The notes under the pieces are model-generated. The model was not told the DNA's origin. It did no database searches and saw nothing but the letters and a program-made list of their open reading frames with translations. DNA of 63,246 nt, filler included. It is 7 parts of 7 records of this genome, joined end to end, with 100 filler letters (N's around TTAATTAATTAA, not from the genome) between each part and the next. Parts side by side here need not be neighbours in the genome. Positions count along the whole stretch, not along the records: positions 6,363 to 13,720 come from SRR31156797_34041; positions 13,821 to 28,405 come from SRR31156797_34057; 5 more parts are not named here. One strand, given 5' to 3'. The stretch's first letter is position 1, and every line of letters starts with the position of its first letter. Below are positions 10,801 to 18,720 of the stretch, piece after piece. Made by a program: the position numbers and the translations under genes.

Positions 10801-10953
10801 CGTTAACACTACTACCGATGGAGCTGTAAGATCGGGAAACACATCAATTTCCATTTGTGTTGCTACATAACTTCCTCCGATTAATAGTATGAAAGCCATA
10901 AATAGCACAAGAAGCCTGTTCTTTAATGATATATTTATTATTTTGTTTATCAT
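7864..10953 (-). CDS. czcA: CusA/CzcA-family heavy-metal RND efflux pump
   Basis: 1029 aa; DVFPD, EVERLVTFPIE, INTMSLGGMAIAIGSLVDDAIIDV, FLPEFNEG, RLNPILMTAL. Confidence 0.93.
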   Translation of the reverse strand: MINKIINISLKNRLLVLFMAFILLIGGSYVATQMEIDVFPDLTAPSVVVLTEAHGMATEEVERLVTFPIETAVNGATNVRRVRSSSATGISIVWVDFEWDTDIYKARQIVSEKMATVAERLPENAGNPTLAPQSSIIGEIMLIAVSSDSISPMELRTIGDWQIRNRLLSLGGVSQVVVIGGEYKQYMIEAEPEKMDYYGVSFMELLKSAENLNQNATGSFLNDFGNEYVIRGVIRTNNLSDIGNSVIKIHNGQPISINDVATVKIGSTQKIGAGYLNSKPAVVMTVLKQPNTNTIQLTEKIDAAIEDLKSNLPSHINIRTDIFRQADFIERAVDNVTRALLEGGLFVTIILFMFLLNFRTTVISLIAIPLSLLVSVIALKWLGFTINTMSLGGMAIAIGSLVDDAIIDVDNVLKRLKENARLPRDEQENKITVIYNASKEIRASILNATLIIIVAFIPLFFLSGMEGRMLQPLGISFIVSLFASLVVAITLTPVLCSFLLTNNKQLAKHESGSRWVRWLNRHYGKILERSMKFKKTTIGAAGLLFIASMFVLFNLGRSFLPEFNEGMLTLSTVSLPGISLEESNKMNLMLEKEMLEMDEINTIVRRTGRAELDEHAQGVFSSEVDVPFTLNGRSKEDFLEELRGRLGSIRGINITIGQPLSHRIDHMLSGTRANIAIKVFGTDLHKMFSLATQIRSNIQGIEGLVDVNVEQQVEIPQLQIKPKREMLKQYGIPLNEFAEFIDVAFAGEKVSEVYEGNMSFDLVLRYNSRYRQSIENVKNTLIDTYNGNKVALKEVADVVSASGPNTISRENVQRKVVVSANISGRDLRSVVNDVQNTIKESIDLPENYYIHYGGQFESEEKASSLLLYTSMLAILVIFLLLYMEFRNLTVSAVILVNLPLALIGGVISIWGTSGMLSVPAIIGFITLFGIATRNGILLVSRYQTLQEEGELLHKAIIHGSLDRLNPILMTALTAALALIPLAFAGDQPGNEIQSPMAVVILGGLFSSTLLNVFIVPAVYYLVNRKEATK

Positions 10954-10965
10954 AGCTTCTTATTT

Positions 10966-12486
10966 TTAATGTGTATGACCATGCAATGGCAAATCTCCGG
11001 CCATAGCAGCCAGCTTTATTTGATATGCACCTTTAGTCACTATTCTTTCGCCAACTGATAAACCCGAAACAACTTCTGTTAATTGGCCATCATTGTTTGC
11101 AATAACCACTTGACGCTTTACAAAAGATTCACCACCCGTTTGCACGTAAACAAAATACTGTCCCTGTTCTTCAATTATCGCGGATAAAGGAATTACAAGA
11201 GCGTTCTCTTTCTTTCCGGTTTTTAAATAGGCTTCGAGAAACATTCCCGGCATTAGTTTTCCATTATTCAAACCCGAAAAGCTTACAGGAATACGTGTTA
11301 TGTTTTCATTTACAAAGGCATTGTTGGATGTCACACTTCCTTTTAATTCAGCCAACGAGATGGATTCTCCCTCCTCATTAAAAGTAAAATTAGCATCGAA
11401 TATTCCCGGCACCTTTTGAAAATCAGATTGGTTTACATAAGCCTCGATTAATAATTGGTTTCGGTTGCTAATACGAAATAACGAAGTCCCATTGTTCACA
11501 AATTGACCATTTGCAACATTGACTTTATTTACAAAACCGTCAATAGGTGATGAAATTTTCAATCCGTTTTGAGAAACCTGATTTGCCAATTGATAATATT
11601 GTAAAGAATCTTGCTGGTATTGCGATTCAATTTGCAAAAACTCTTTTTGAGAAATCACTTTTTTAACTACCAAAGGCCTTGTCCGAATAAAGTCAGCTTT
11701 ACTTTTTTCAAATGCTATTTTACTCTCTTTTAGTTTAATACTGATGTTATTCTCAATACCAGAACCGGATACAACAGCTAACAAATCACCCTTTTTTACA
11801 GAACGACCAATCACTGCAAAGAGGTGGATTTGACCTTCTGCCTGTGAATTAACTGTTACAGAGGACTGAGGTTGCCCACTTACTTTTGCAGAAGTATGAA
11901 TAACCGAGTAAAACGGTTTTAAAGAAACATCTTTGGTAGCAAAATCGGTTTTCCATGCCTGCTCTTTTAAATAACTGATTTCATCTCCATCAGCTTCCTC
12001 CTCAGTTGCATTTGCAGCTTCATCTGCATTTTTATATACCTGAATTTGAGGGATTTCAAAAGTCACATTGCCGGCCTCACTAACCAAGTCAAATAACATT
12101 TTGTATGTTCCTGCTTCTTTCGGTTGCAAAGCAGGGCGAAATATTCCGGGAGAACTTGGAGCTTCAACACTATGCCTAATTCCTTTGTCTCCTTTTATAA
12201 TGCTAACAGTTAGCTTACCTTCTGCTGCAGGTTTATAAGTGTTCAATAGTGTAAAATGTGCAGCAAATGTGCTTGTCTGCCCCACGGTTAAAGCCGGGAA
12301 TTCTACAAAAAGTTCATAATTATCTGAAAACAGGGTGTAGCTTAAAGCACCCGTTTCGTGTCCATGGTCGTCATGTGCTGCATGTCCTCCAATGGTATCG
12401 TGTGTATGTCCACCTTTGTTATTGTTTACACAAGAAACCAAAACAGAGGCTATTACTATAATTGTTATATAAAAAATTGTCTTCAT
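10966..12486 (-). CDS. czcB: CzcB-type RND periplasmic adaptor, lipoprotein with His-rich N-terminus
   Basis: Start MKTIFY (ATG 12486), lipobox LVSC, HTHD..H..HDDHGH, SPIDG.V, L.PGM, V.SGL..GE.IV..GA, C-terminal HGHTH. Confidence 0.85.
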   Translation of the reverse strand: MKTIFYITIIVIASVLVSCVNNNKGGHTHDTIGGHAAHDDHGHETGALSYTLFSDNYELFVEFPALTVGQTSTFAAHFTLLNTYKPAAEGKLTVSIIKGDKGIRHSVEAPSSPGIFRPALQPKEAGTYKMLFDLVSEAGNVTFEIPQIQVYKNADEAANATEEEADGDEISYLKEQAWKTDFATKDVSLKPFYSVIHTSAKVSGQPQSSVTVNSQAEGQIHLFAVIGRSVKKGDLLAVVSGSGIENNISIKLKESKIAFEKSKADFIRTRPLVVKKVISQKEFLQIESQYQQDSLQYYQLANQVSQNGLKISSPIDGFVNKVNVANGQFVNNGTSLFRISNRNQLLIEAYVNQSDFQKVPGIFDANFTFNEEGESISLAELKGSVTSNNAFVNENITRIPVSFSGLNNGKLMPGMFLEAYLKTGKKENALVIPLSAIIEEQGQYFVYVQTGGESFVKRQVVIANNDGQLTEVVSGLSVGERIVTKGAYQIKLAAMAGDLPLHGHTH

Positions 12487-12500
12487 ATTTTTATTGTTTA

Positions 12501-12570
12501 CGTCATTGAGAACGTAGCGAAGCAATCTGTTTAAAACAAGATTGCTTAGTACTACGTCCTTGCCATGACG
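12501..12570. repeat. Degenerate REP-like palindrome (GTCATTGCGAG...AAGCAATCT/AGATTGCTT...CGCAATGAC type)
   Basis: CGTCATTGAG-AACGTAG-CG-AAGCAATCT...AGATTGCTT-AGTA-CTACGT-CCTTGCCATGACG; intergenic nested inverted repeat. Confidence 0.55.
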
Positions 12571-12576
12571 AATTAA

Positions 12577-12834
12577 TTAATGCGCGTGACCATGGTCATG
12601 GTCATGATCGTGATCGTGATCGTGATGTTCTTCTTTTGTTGTTGTGCTGCTGCTATCGCTAACAACAAACTCTTCCTGCTCGGTGTGGTCATGTCCGTGA
12701 TCATGGTTATGGTCATGGGTTTCTGCACCATGCTCATGATCGTGGCTTTCTGTTTTTTGAGTACCAGAATTGCAGGAAGCCGCCATAAAAGCTAAATAAA
12801 CTGAGAACATCAATAAATACATGAATCGCTTCAT
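12577..12834 (-). CDS. Small His-rich lipoprotein (putative metal-binding)
   Basis: MKRFMYLLMFSVYLAFMAASC lipobox followed by HDHEH, HDHNHDHGHDH and HHDHDHDHDHDHGHAH tracts. Confidence 0.75.
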   Translation of the reverse strand: MKRFMYLLMFSVYLAFMAASCNSGTQKTESHDHEHGAETHDHNHDHGHDHTEQEEFVVSDSSSTTTKEEHHDHDHDHDHDHGHAH

Positions 12835-12900
12835 AATAACTGACATTTATATTCGCAAAAGCGAATGGGTTAAAAAAAATAACTATTGTTTTCCTAATGT

Positions 12901-13353
12901 TTAGGCAATAGAGGGAGGAGCCCGCAGGCCTGTAGCCCCGGGTTCAAATATAATTGGGATTTGAAATGGTAAATCCGCAAATCGAATTAAATCCAGATCG
13001 GGTGATTCTGGTATTGATGTATTGGATATTGAATATAAAACCGTTATTAAAGGAATGTTTACCGACAAATTTTTATTCAATTCAATTCTTAAATAATCGA
13101 AATCATTTGCTGATGATATATGCTGATGAAAAGGGAATGAATGATTATGTGCCTTTTTTGAGTCACTAGTATGTTTGTGTTGATGATGATCAGCGTCATG
13201 GTGTTGATGGGAATCTTTGTCTTGATGTGAATGATGCGTTGCTGGATTGATATAATCTACATCATAGTCGTGATGATGATGTGGTATCATCTCATGACTT
13301 AGAACAACCATAAACGATAGTAATAATGATATGATGTAAATATTATTTTTCAC
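12901..13353 (-). CDS. His-rich leader protein with N-terminal hydrophobic segment and C-terminal LRAPP motif
   Basis: GTG start, hydrophobic stretch then PHHHH, His-rich middle, ends GATGLRAPPSIA*; first gene of the efflux cluster. Confidence 0.75.
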   Translation of the reverse strand: MKNNIYIISLLLSFMVVLSHEMIPHHHHDYDVDYINPATHHSHQDKDSHQHHDADHHQHKHTSDSKKAHNHSFPFHQHISSANDFDYLRIELNKNLSVNIPLITVLYSISNTSIPESPDLDLIRFADLPFQIPIIFEPGATGLRAPPSIA

Positions 13354-13358
13354 AAGGG

Positions 13359-13366
13359 CAAAAATA
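13359..13366 (-). promoter_or_regulatory. Bacteroidota -7 promoter element (TAnnTTTG)
   Basis: TATTTTTG on the minus strand 5 nt upstream of the GTG at 13353, suggesting a leaderless or near-leaderless transcript. Confidence 0.5.
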
Positions 13367-13568
13367 TAAATTAATCTTGTTTAGTAAAACAATTTATTCT
13401 ATAGATAGTTCCGCCTAGAGAAACAAAAATATTCGCCGATTTCGATTTGTTTAATAGGTCACTGACTAAAATCTATCCGCAAATAGGTGAAATTGCTTAT
13501 TTAAATCAAATGAAATATTCACACTCGATTGGTTTATTTAACCGACAGACGCTGGTATCACCGGGAAT

Positions 13569-13633
13569 ATTACACTTATTTGCAAAAAATGTCATTGAAC
13601 GATGGCAAGCGGGTTTTTGCAAATGGGTGTAAT
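13569..13633 (+). repeat. 65-nt extended hairpin (attC-like/REP-like or structured RNA)
   Basis: ATTACAC-TT-ATTTGCAAAAA pairs with TTTTTGCAAAT-GG-GTGTAAT; inner stem TGTCATT/GATGGCA; the stem mismatches are G.T on the + strand. Confidence 0.45.
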
Positions 13634-13720
13634 GCGAGGTGGGTTTTTTAAAGTTTAGCAGTATCGGATGTGTTTAGATCGCCTTGCCTGTAACGTCTCC
13701 TGCTAGTTAGCGAAAGGCTT

Positions 13721-13820
13721 NNNNNNNNNNNNNNNNNNNNNNNNNNNNNNNNNNNNNNNNNNNNTTAATTAATTAANNNNNNNNNNNNNNNNNNNNNNNN
13801 NNNNNNNNNNNNNNNNNNNN
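13721..13820. other. Artificial contig spacer 2
   Basis: N-run with TTAATTAATTAA. Confidence 0.99.
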
Positions 13821-14201
13821 GGGCAGGAAAACACCTGGTCGAACATCTATTCGAAGAAATTCTTCGAGGTTCAAGACTACATCACCGAATCAAATCACGG
13901 CTTGATCGACTATCTTGTCGTAACCAGCACTGCCTTTTGGAAAGGCCTGCCGGACGACATTCGTCCGGTTGTCAAGAAGTCCTTGGACGAAGCCATCGCG
14001 TTCGGCAACAAGGTTGCCCTCGACAAGGCCACCGGCGATCGCAAACTGATCATGGATTCAGGGCGCTCGAAGATATTGGAACTGTCGGCTTCCGAACGGC
14101 AGCAATGGGTCGAAGTCATGAAGCCGGTTTGGAAAAAATTCGAAGACCAGATCGGAAAAGACCTGATCGACGCCGCGGTTGCGTCGAATGCCGGCAGCTG
14201 A
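13821..14201 (+). CDS. dctP: TRAP transporter solute-binding protein DctP (5' partial)
   Basis: Open from the contig edge: GQENTWSNIYSKKFFEVQDYITESNHG; upstream of dctQM. Confidence 0.9.
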   Translation, partial: GQENTWSNIYSKKFFEVQDYITESNHGLIDYLVVTSTAFWKGLPDDIRPVVKKSLDEAIAFGNKVALDKATGDRKLIMDSGRSKILELSASERQQWVEVMKPVWKKFEDQIGKDLIDAAVASNAGS

Positions 14202-14240
14202 TCGTGTGAAAAACCAAACCAGTATTAGGTTCGATAGCTG

Positions 14241-14798
14241 ATGCTTGCACGCATCGTTAATCGGCTGGAGGAGGGAGTAATTTCCCTCCTCCTGGTCGGC
14301 ATGACTTTGCTCGTATTCGTCGAGGTCGTGCTTCGATTCGGTTTCAACATGGGTTTCCTGTGGATGCAGGAAGTGACCCTGCATCTCTCCGCTTGGATGG
14401 TGTTGATTGGCGCCTCCTATTGCCTCAAGGTCGGGGCCCATATCGGTGTCGATGCGGTGATTCGCCTGGTTCCGCCGACGCCGCGCCGTTGGATCAGCAT
14501 GTTTGCCGGAATGCTCTGCCTATTTTATTGCTGCCTGTTTATTTACGGCGGATGGATTTACGAAACAAAGATGCACATGATCGGCATCGAACTGGAAGAT
14601 GTCACGATCGAACGTTGGGTTGTCCACTCGATCATACTCATTGGTTTTGCTCTTCTATTTGTGCGTTTTTCCCAATTGATCTGGGCTTTTGCGACCGGCA
14701 AGGCGACCGGATTCCGTCTCGCCGATGAAGCGGCGGAGGCCTTGAAGGAAGTCGAAAAGGCCGAAACGCCCGAATCGACCGAGGGCGCGAAGTCATGA
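14241..14798 (+). CDS. dctQ: TRAP transporter small permease DctQ
   Basis: Four hydrophobic segments; V.LRF, W..E, GAS...K.G.HI.VD. Confidence 0.9.
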   Translation: MLARIVNRLEEGVISLLLVGMTLLVFVEVVLRFGFNMGFLWMQEVTLHLSAWMVLIGASYCLKVGAHIGVDAVIRLVPPTPRRWISMFAGMLCLFYCCLFIYGGWIYETKMHMIGIELEDVTIERWVVHSIILIGFALLFVRFSQLIWAFATGKATGFRLADEAAEALKEVEKAETPESTEGAKS

Positions 14799-16195
14799 CG
14801 ACCGCCCTCCTCTTCCTTACGCTGTTTGGCTGCATGATCCTTGGCATGCCGATTGCCATTGCGCTGGGACTGTCCAGCGTTACGACGATCCTGTTATTTT
14901 CAAACGATTCATTGGCCTCCGTCTCGCTGAAACTGATCGAGGCGTTGACCGAACACTACACCTTGCTGGCCATTCCCTTTTTCATCCTGTCATCGGCCTT
15001 CCTGTCTACCGGCGGTGTCGCACGCCGGTTGATCCGTTTCGCGGTTTCCATCGTCGGCCATATCCGAGGAGGCTTGGCGATGGCCTCGGTTCTGGCCTGC
15101 ATGCTTTTCGCAGCGGTGTCGGGTTCGTCGCCGGCGACGGTGGCGGCGATCGGTTCCATCGTCATCGTCGGCATGGTCAAGACCGGCTATCCGCAAAGTT
15201 TTGCCGCCGGCGTCATCTGCAATGCCGGAACGCTGGGTATTTTGATTCCGCCATCCATCGTCATGCTGGTCTACGCGGCCGCCACCGAAGTTTCGGCGGC
15301 GCGTATGTTTATGGCCGGGTTTATCCCGGGAATCATGATGGGCGGTATGCTGATGGTGGCGATTTACATTGCCGCCTGCATCAAGGGACTGCCGGCCCAG
15401 AAATGGGCCGGTTTCCGGGAAATATTTGCCTCCGCCTTCAGCGCATCGGGCGGCATTTTTCTGATCATCATCGTGCTGGGATCGATCTATGGCGGCATTG
15501 CCAGCCCGACCGAAGCGGCCGCCGTATCGGCCGTTTACGCCTTTTTCGTCGCCGTCATCGGCTATCGCGACATGGGGCCGCTGAAGGGTATCGCTTGGCG
15601 CAATGATGGAGAATCGCTTGGCGTTGCGACCGCGCGCAATTTCCTGCAATGCACCTGGGCGATCCCGCAATCGGTCTTCCACCCCGAGGTCCGGCGGGTA
15701 GTCATGGACGGCGCCAAGGTCAGCATCATGCTGCTGTTTATCATCGCCAACGCCATGCTGTTCGCCCATGTTCTGACGACAGAGCGCATCCCCCACGCCA
15801 TCGCCGAACTGATCACGACCTGGGGCTTGCCGGCCTGGGGTTTCCTGATCGTCGTCAATATTCTTCTGCTGATTGCCGGGAATTTCATGGAACCCTCGGC
15901 GATCCTTTTGATCATGGCGCCGATCCTGTTTCCCATTGCCCTGCAATTGGGCATCGATCCGATCCACCTGGGCATCATCATGGTGGTGAACATGGAAATC
16001 GGGATGATCACGCCGCCGGTCGGTTTGAACCTTTTCGTGACCGCCGGCATCACCGGCCAGAACATCCTGTGGGTCGTGCGTGCCGCCCTGCCGTGGTTGG
16101 GAATTCTGTTGATTTTCCTGGTCATTATCACCTATGTGCCGCAGGTATCGTTGTTCCTGCCGGAATACATCGATCACCTGAAAGGGTACAAATAG
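14795..16195 (+). CDS. dctM: TRAP transporter large permease DctM
   Basis: G.PIA.ALG, LLAIPFFIL, SGSSPAT, GILIPPSI, PTEAA, EIGMITPPVGLNLFV. Confidence 0.95.
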   Translation: MTTALLFLTLFGCMILGMPIAIALGLSSVTTILLFSNDSLASVSLKLIEALTEHYTLLAIPFFILSSAFLSTGGVARRLIRFAVSIVGHIRGGLAMASVLACMLFAAVSGSSPATVAAIGSIVIVGMVKTGYPQSFAAGVICNAGTLGILIPPSIVMLVYAAATEVSAARMFMAGFIPGIMMGGMLMVAIYIAACIKGLPAQKWAGFREIFASAFSASGGIFLIIIVLGSIYGGIASPTEAAAVSAVYAFFVAVIGYRDMGPLKGIAWRNDGESLGVATARNFLQCTWAIPQSVFHPEVRRVVMDGAKVSIMLLFIIANAMLFAHVLTTERIPHAIAELITTWGLPAWGFLIVVNILLLIAGNFMEPSAILLIMAPILFPIALQLGIDPIHLGIIMVVNMEIGMITPPVGLNLFVTAGITGQNILWVVRAALPWLGILLIFLVIITYVPQVSLFLPEYIDHLKGYK

Positions 16196-16289
16196 ACCCG
16201 TCCCGGGCCGCCACCGTTTAGGCACCGTGCCGCCGGTTGGCGGATCGTCGGGGCTTTGCTTTCCTGATTGGAGCCAGGTTTAAAGAACA

Positions 16290-17078
16290 ATGACGAATAC
16301 GATCCAGGCCAACGGCCACAAAATTAGCTATCGCCTTGACGGTCCCGAAGATGGCCCCGTGGTGATGTTGAGCAACAGCCTGATGTCCAACTACACCATG
16401 TGGGATCCGCAGATTGCGGCTCTGATGGCAAGGTATCGCGTCCTTCGCTATGACCAACGCGGTCATGGCGGCACCGAGACGACGCCGGGCCCCTATTCCA
16501 TCGAACTTCTGGCCGATGATTGTGCGGCGCTTCTGGACGCGCTGGGTATCGATCGGGTCCATTTCCTGGGACTTTCCATGGGCGGGTTCTCGGCCCAGAT
16601 GCTCAGCCATCGACATCCGGACAGGGTCCGATCGCTGATCCTGTGCGATACGGCCTGCGTCATGCCGCCGGAATCGCTTTGGAACGAGCGCATCGGGATT
16701 GCCGAAACCGAAGGCATCGCCGGCCTTGTCGACGGAACGCTGGGCCGTTGGTTCACGGCACCGTTTCACGAGACCGGCAAGGAAGCCCTGGCACTGGTTC
16801 GCGAAATGGTTATGGGCACCGGTGTTGAAGGCTATGTCGCCTGTTGCCGGGCGATCCGCGACATGCGCCTGTGCGACCGCCTGAACGAAATCAAGGTGCC
16901 GACGATTGTCATCGTCGGTGCGGACGATCCTGCCTGTACCGTCGAATCCGCCGAAGTGCTGCACGAGGGGATTGCCGGATCCGAACTTGTCGTCATCGAC
17001 AACGCGGCACATCTGCCGAATATCGAACAGGCCGACAGGTTCAACGAGGTCGTGCTCGGTTTCCTGAACCGGCAATAG
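16290..17078 (+). CDS. pcaD: Alpha/beta hydrolase, 3-oxoadipate enol-lactonase (PcaD)-like
   Basis: LSNSL...MWDPQ, RYDQRGHG, GLSMGG nucleophile elbow, RWFT, AAHLPNIEQ. Confidence 0.8.
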   Translation: MTNTIQANGHKISYRLDGPEDGPVVMLSNSLMSNYTMWDPQIAALMARYRVLRYDQRGHGGTETTPGPYSIELLADDCAALLDALGIDRVHFLGLSMGGFSAQMLSHRHPDRVRSLILCDTACVMPPESLWNERIGIAETEGIAGLVDGTLGRWFTAPFHETGKEALALVREMVMGTGVEGYVACCRAIRDMRLCDRLNEIKVPTIVIVGADDPACTVESAEVLHEGIAGSELVVIDNAAHLPNIEQADRFNEVVLGFLNRQ

Positions 17079-17135
17079 GATCGCAAACCGCCTTTCCCGG
17101 CCTTGCGCGACCATAAACGGGGACTTTGACAGATC

Positions 17136-17564
17136 ATGTACAAGAAAATACTTTTCAGCGTCGATCTCAACGACGAGGCGTCCTGGGTTCGGGCCCTGCC
17201 GACGGCCCTGGAGCACTGTCAGGCCTTCGGTGCCGAACTTCACATATTGACCGTGGTTCCCGACCTGCCGATGGGTGTGATCAACCTGTATTTCACCAGC
17301 GATGTCGGCGTACAGCTTCTTTCGGCGGCCAGGGACGGCCTGACGAAGTTCATCGACGAAAAAATCCCGGCCGGTTTCAAGGTGTACCCGCATATCGGAA
17401 ACGGGTCGGTCTATATCGGCATCATCGAAACGGCCGAGAAGGTCGGCGCCGACCTCATCGTCATGGCGTCGCACCGGCCGGACATGAGCGACTATCTTCT
17501 GGGGCCGAACGCGGCTCGGGTCGTGCGCCACGCGCCCCAATCGGTATTGGTGGTGCGCGGCTGA
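17136..17564 (+). CDS. Universal stress protein (UspA family)
   Basis: YKKIL..VD, ADLIVMASH, LLGPNAARVVRHA..SVLVVR. Confidence 0.9.
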   Translation: MYKKILFSVDLNDEASWVRALPTALEHCQAFGAELHILTVVPDLPMGVINLYFTSDVGVQLLSAARDGLTKFIDEKIPAGFKVYPHIGNGSVYIGIIETAEKVGADLIVMASHRPDMSDYLLGPNAARVVRHAPQSVLVVRG

Positions 17565-17635
17565 TGACAGTGCGATGGAATATCCGGCAAAGGCGAGGCG
17601 GTTCTGAACGGTTCGATTGACGGGAGGTTGGCAAG

Positions 17636-17953
17636 GTGAGTGCCCGAAAGGCGTTGTTCGCCGTCGGCCAGATCATCCATCACAAGATGTTCGACTACCG
17701 GGGCGTCGTCATCGATGTCGATCCGACATTTCAGGGGACCGACGAATGGTACGACCAGGTCGCTCTCAGCCGTCCGCCTAAGGACCATCCCTGGTATCAC
17801 GTGCTGGTCGACGGGTTCGGGCACCGCACATATGTTGCCGAGCGCAATCTCGAACCGGACCCTTCGCCGGGCCCCATAAATCATCCGGATTTGGAGGAAT
17901 TTTTCGAATCATTTGACGGGGCCGTCTACCGCCGTCGCCGCAAATCGAACTGA
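17636..17953 (+). CDS. hspQ: Heat shock protein HspQ (YccV family)
   Basis: F.VGQII.H..FDYRGVVIDVDP.F, PWYHVLVD, YVAERNL. Confidence 0.9.
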   Translation: MSARKALFAVGQIIHHKMFDYRGVVIDVDPTFQGTDEWYDQVALSRPPKDHPWYHVLVDGFGHRTYVAERNLEPDPSPGPINHPDLEEFFESFDGAVYRRRRKSN

Positions 17954-18038
17954 TCCACGCTTCCGCCTGTTGTGCCTTCGTGCATCAGCCACTAAACATG
18001 GGTCAGCCATCGAACCGAGGGGAATTTCCGGGGGAAAA

Positions 18039-18716
18039 ATGCCAAACGAAATCATCAACCCATATGGGCGCGAAACCGCCCGTATCCTGCTGGATATCAA
18101 GGCCGTCAACTTCCGCCCGGAAGAGCCATATCGGTTGACGTCCGGCTGGGCCAGCCCGGTTTACATCGATTGTCGGAAGATCATTTCGTTCACCCAGCAG
18201 CGGCGGCGAATCATCGAAATGGCCGTTGAAGGTCTTGGAAAATCGGTCGGATGGGACGGTTTTGACGCCGTCGCTGGGGGCGAGACGGCCGGCATTCCCT
18301 ACGCCGCCTGGATTTCCGAATCGGTTTCACTGCCGATGCTCTATGTACGGAAAAAACCGAAAGGTTTCGGACGCGATGCCCAGATCGAAGGCGAATTCGC
18401 CGAAAACAGCCGCGTCCTGCTTGTCGAGGACCTGGCGACGGACGGCGCCAGCAAGCTCAATTTCGTCAATGCATTACGCGCGGCCGGGGCCGATGTTGCC
18501 CATACCTTCGTCGTGTTTTTCTATGGCGTATTCGCCGGCGCCGAAGACGATCTGGCGCGTGAAGGCGTCAAAATGCACTATCTGGCAACCTGGAAAGACG
18601 TTCTCGCCGAGGCCGAGGCCGGCGGGGATTTTCCGAAAGCATCCATCGACGGGGTGCGCGAATTTCTGGCCGATCCCATCGCCTGGTCGGCGGCAAGGGG
18701 CGGCCGGGACGGCTGA
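18039..18716 (+). CDS. pyrE: Orotate phosphoribosyltransferase
   Basis: TSGWASPVYIDCR, GGETAGIP, YVRKKPKGFG, PRPP motif LLVEDLATDG; ATG 18039 preferred. Confidence 0.93.
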   Translation: MPNEIINPYGRETARILLDIKAVNFRPEEPYRLTSGWASPVYIDCRKIISFTQQRRRIIEMAVEGLGKSVGWDGFDAVAGGETAGIPYAAWISESVSLPMLYVRKKPKGFGRDAQIEGEFAENSRVLLVEDLATDGASKLNFVNALRAAGADVAHTFVVFFYGVFAGAEDDLAREGVKMHYLATWKDVLAEAEAGGDFPKASIDGVREFLADPIAWSAARGGRDG

Positions 18717-18720
18717 CAAG

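Noticed and set aside
12580-12795. Hydrophobic plus-strand ORF (MVMVMIVIVIVM)
   Set aside because: Antisense translation of the His-Asp codon repeats of the lipoprotein.
14990-17540. Long minus-strand ORFs (411 aa and 440 aa)
   Set aside because: Antisense shadows of dctM, pcaD-like and usp genes in GC-rich DNA; no motifs.
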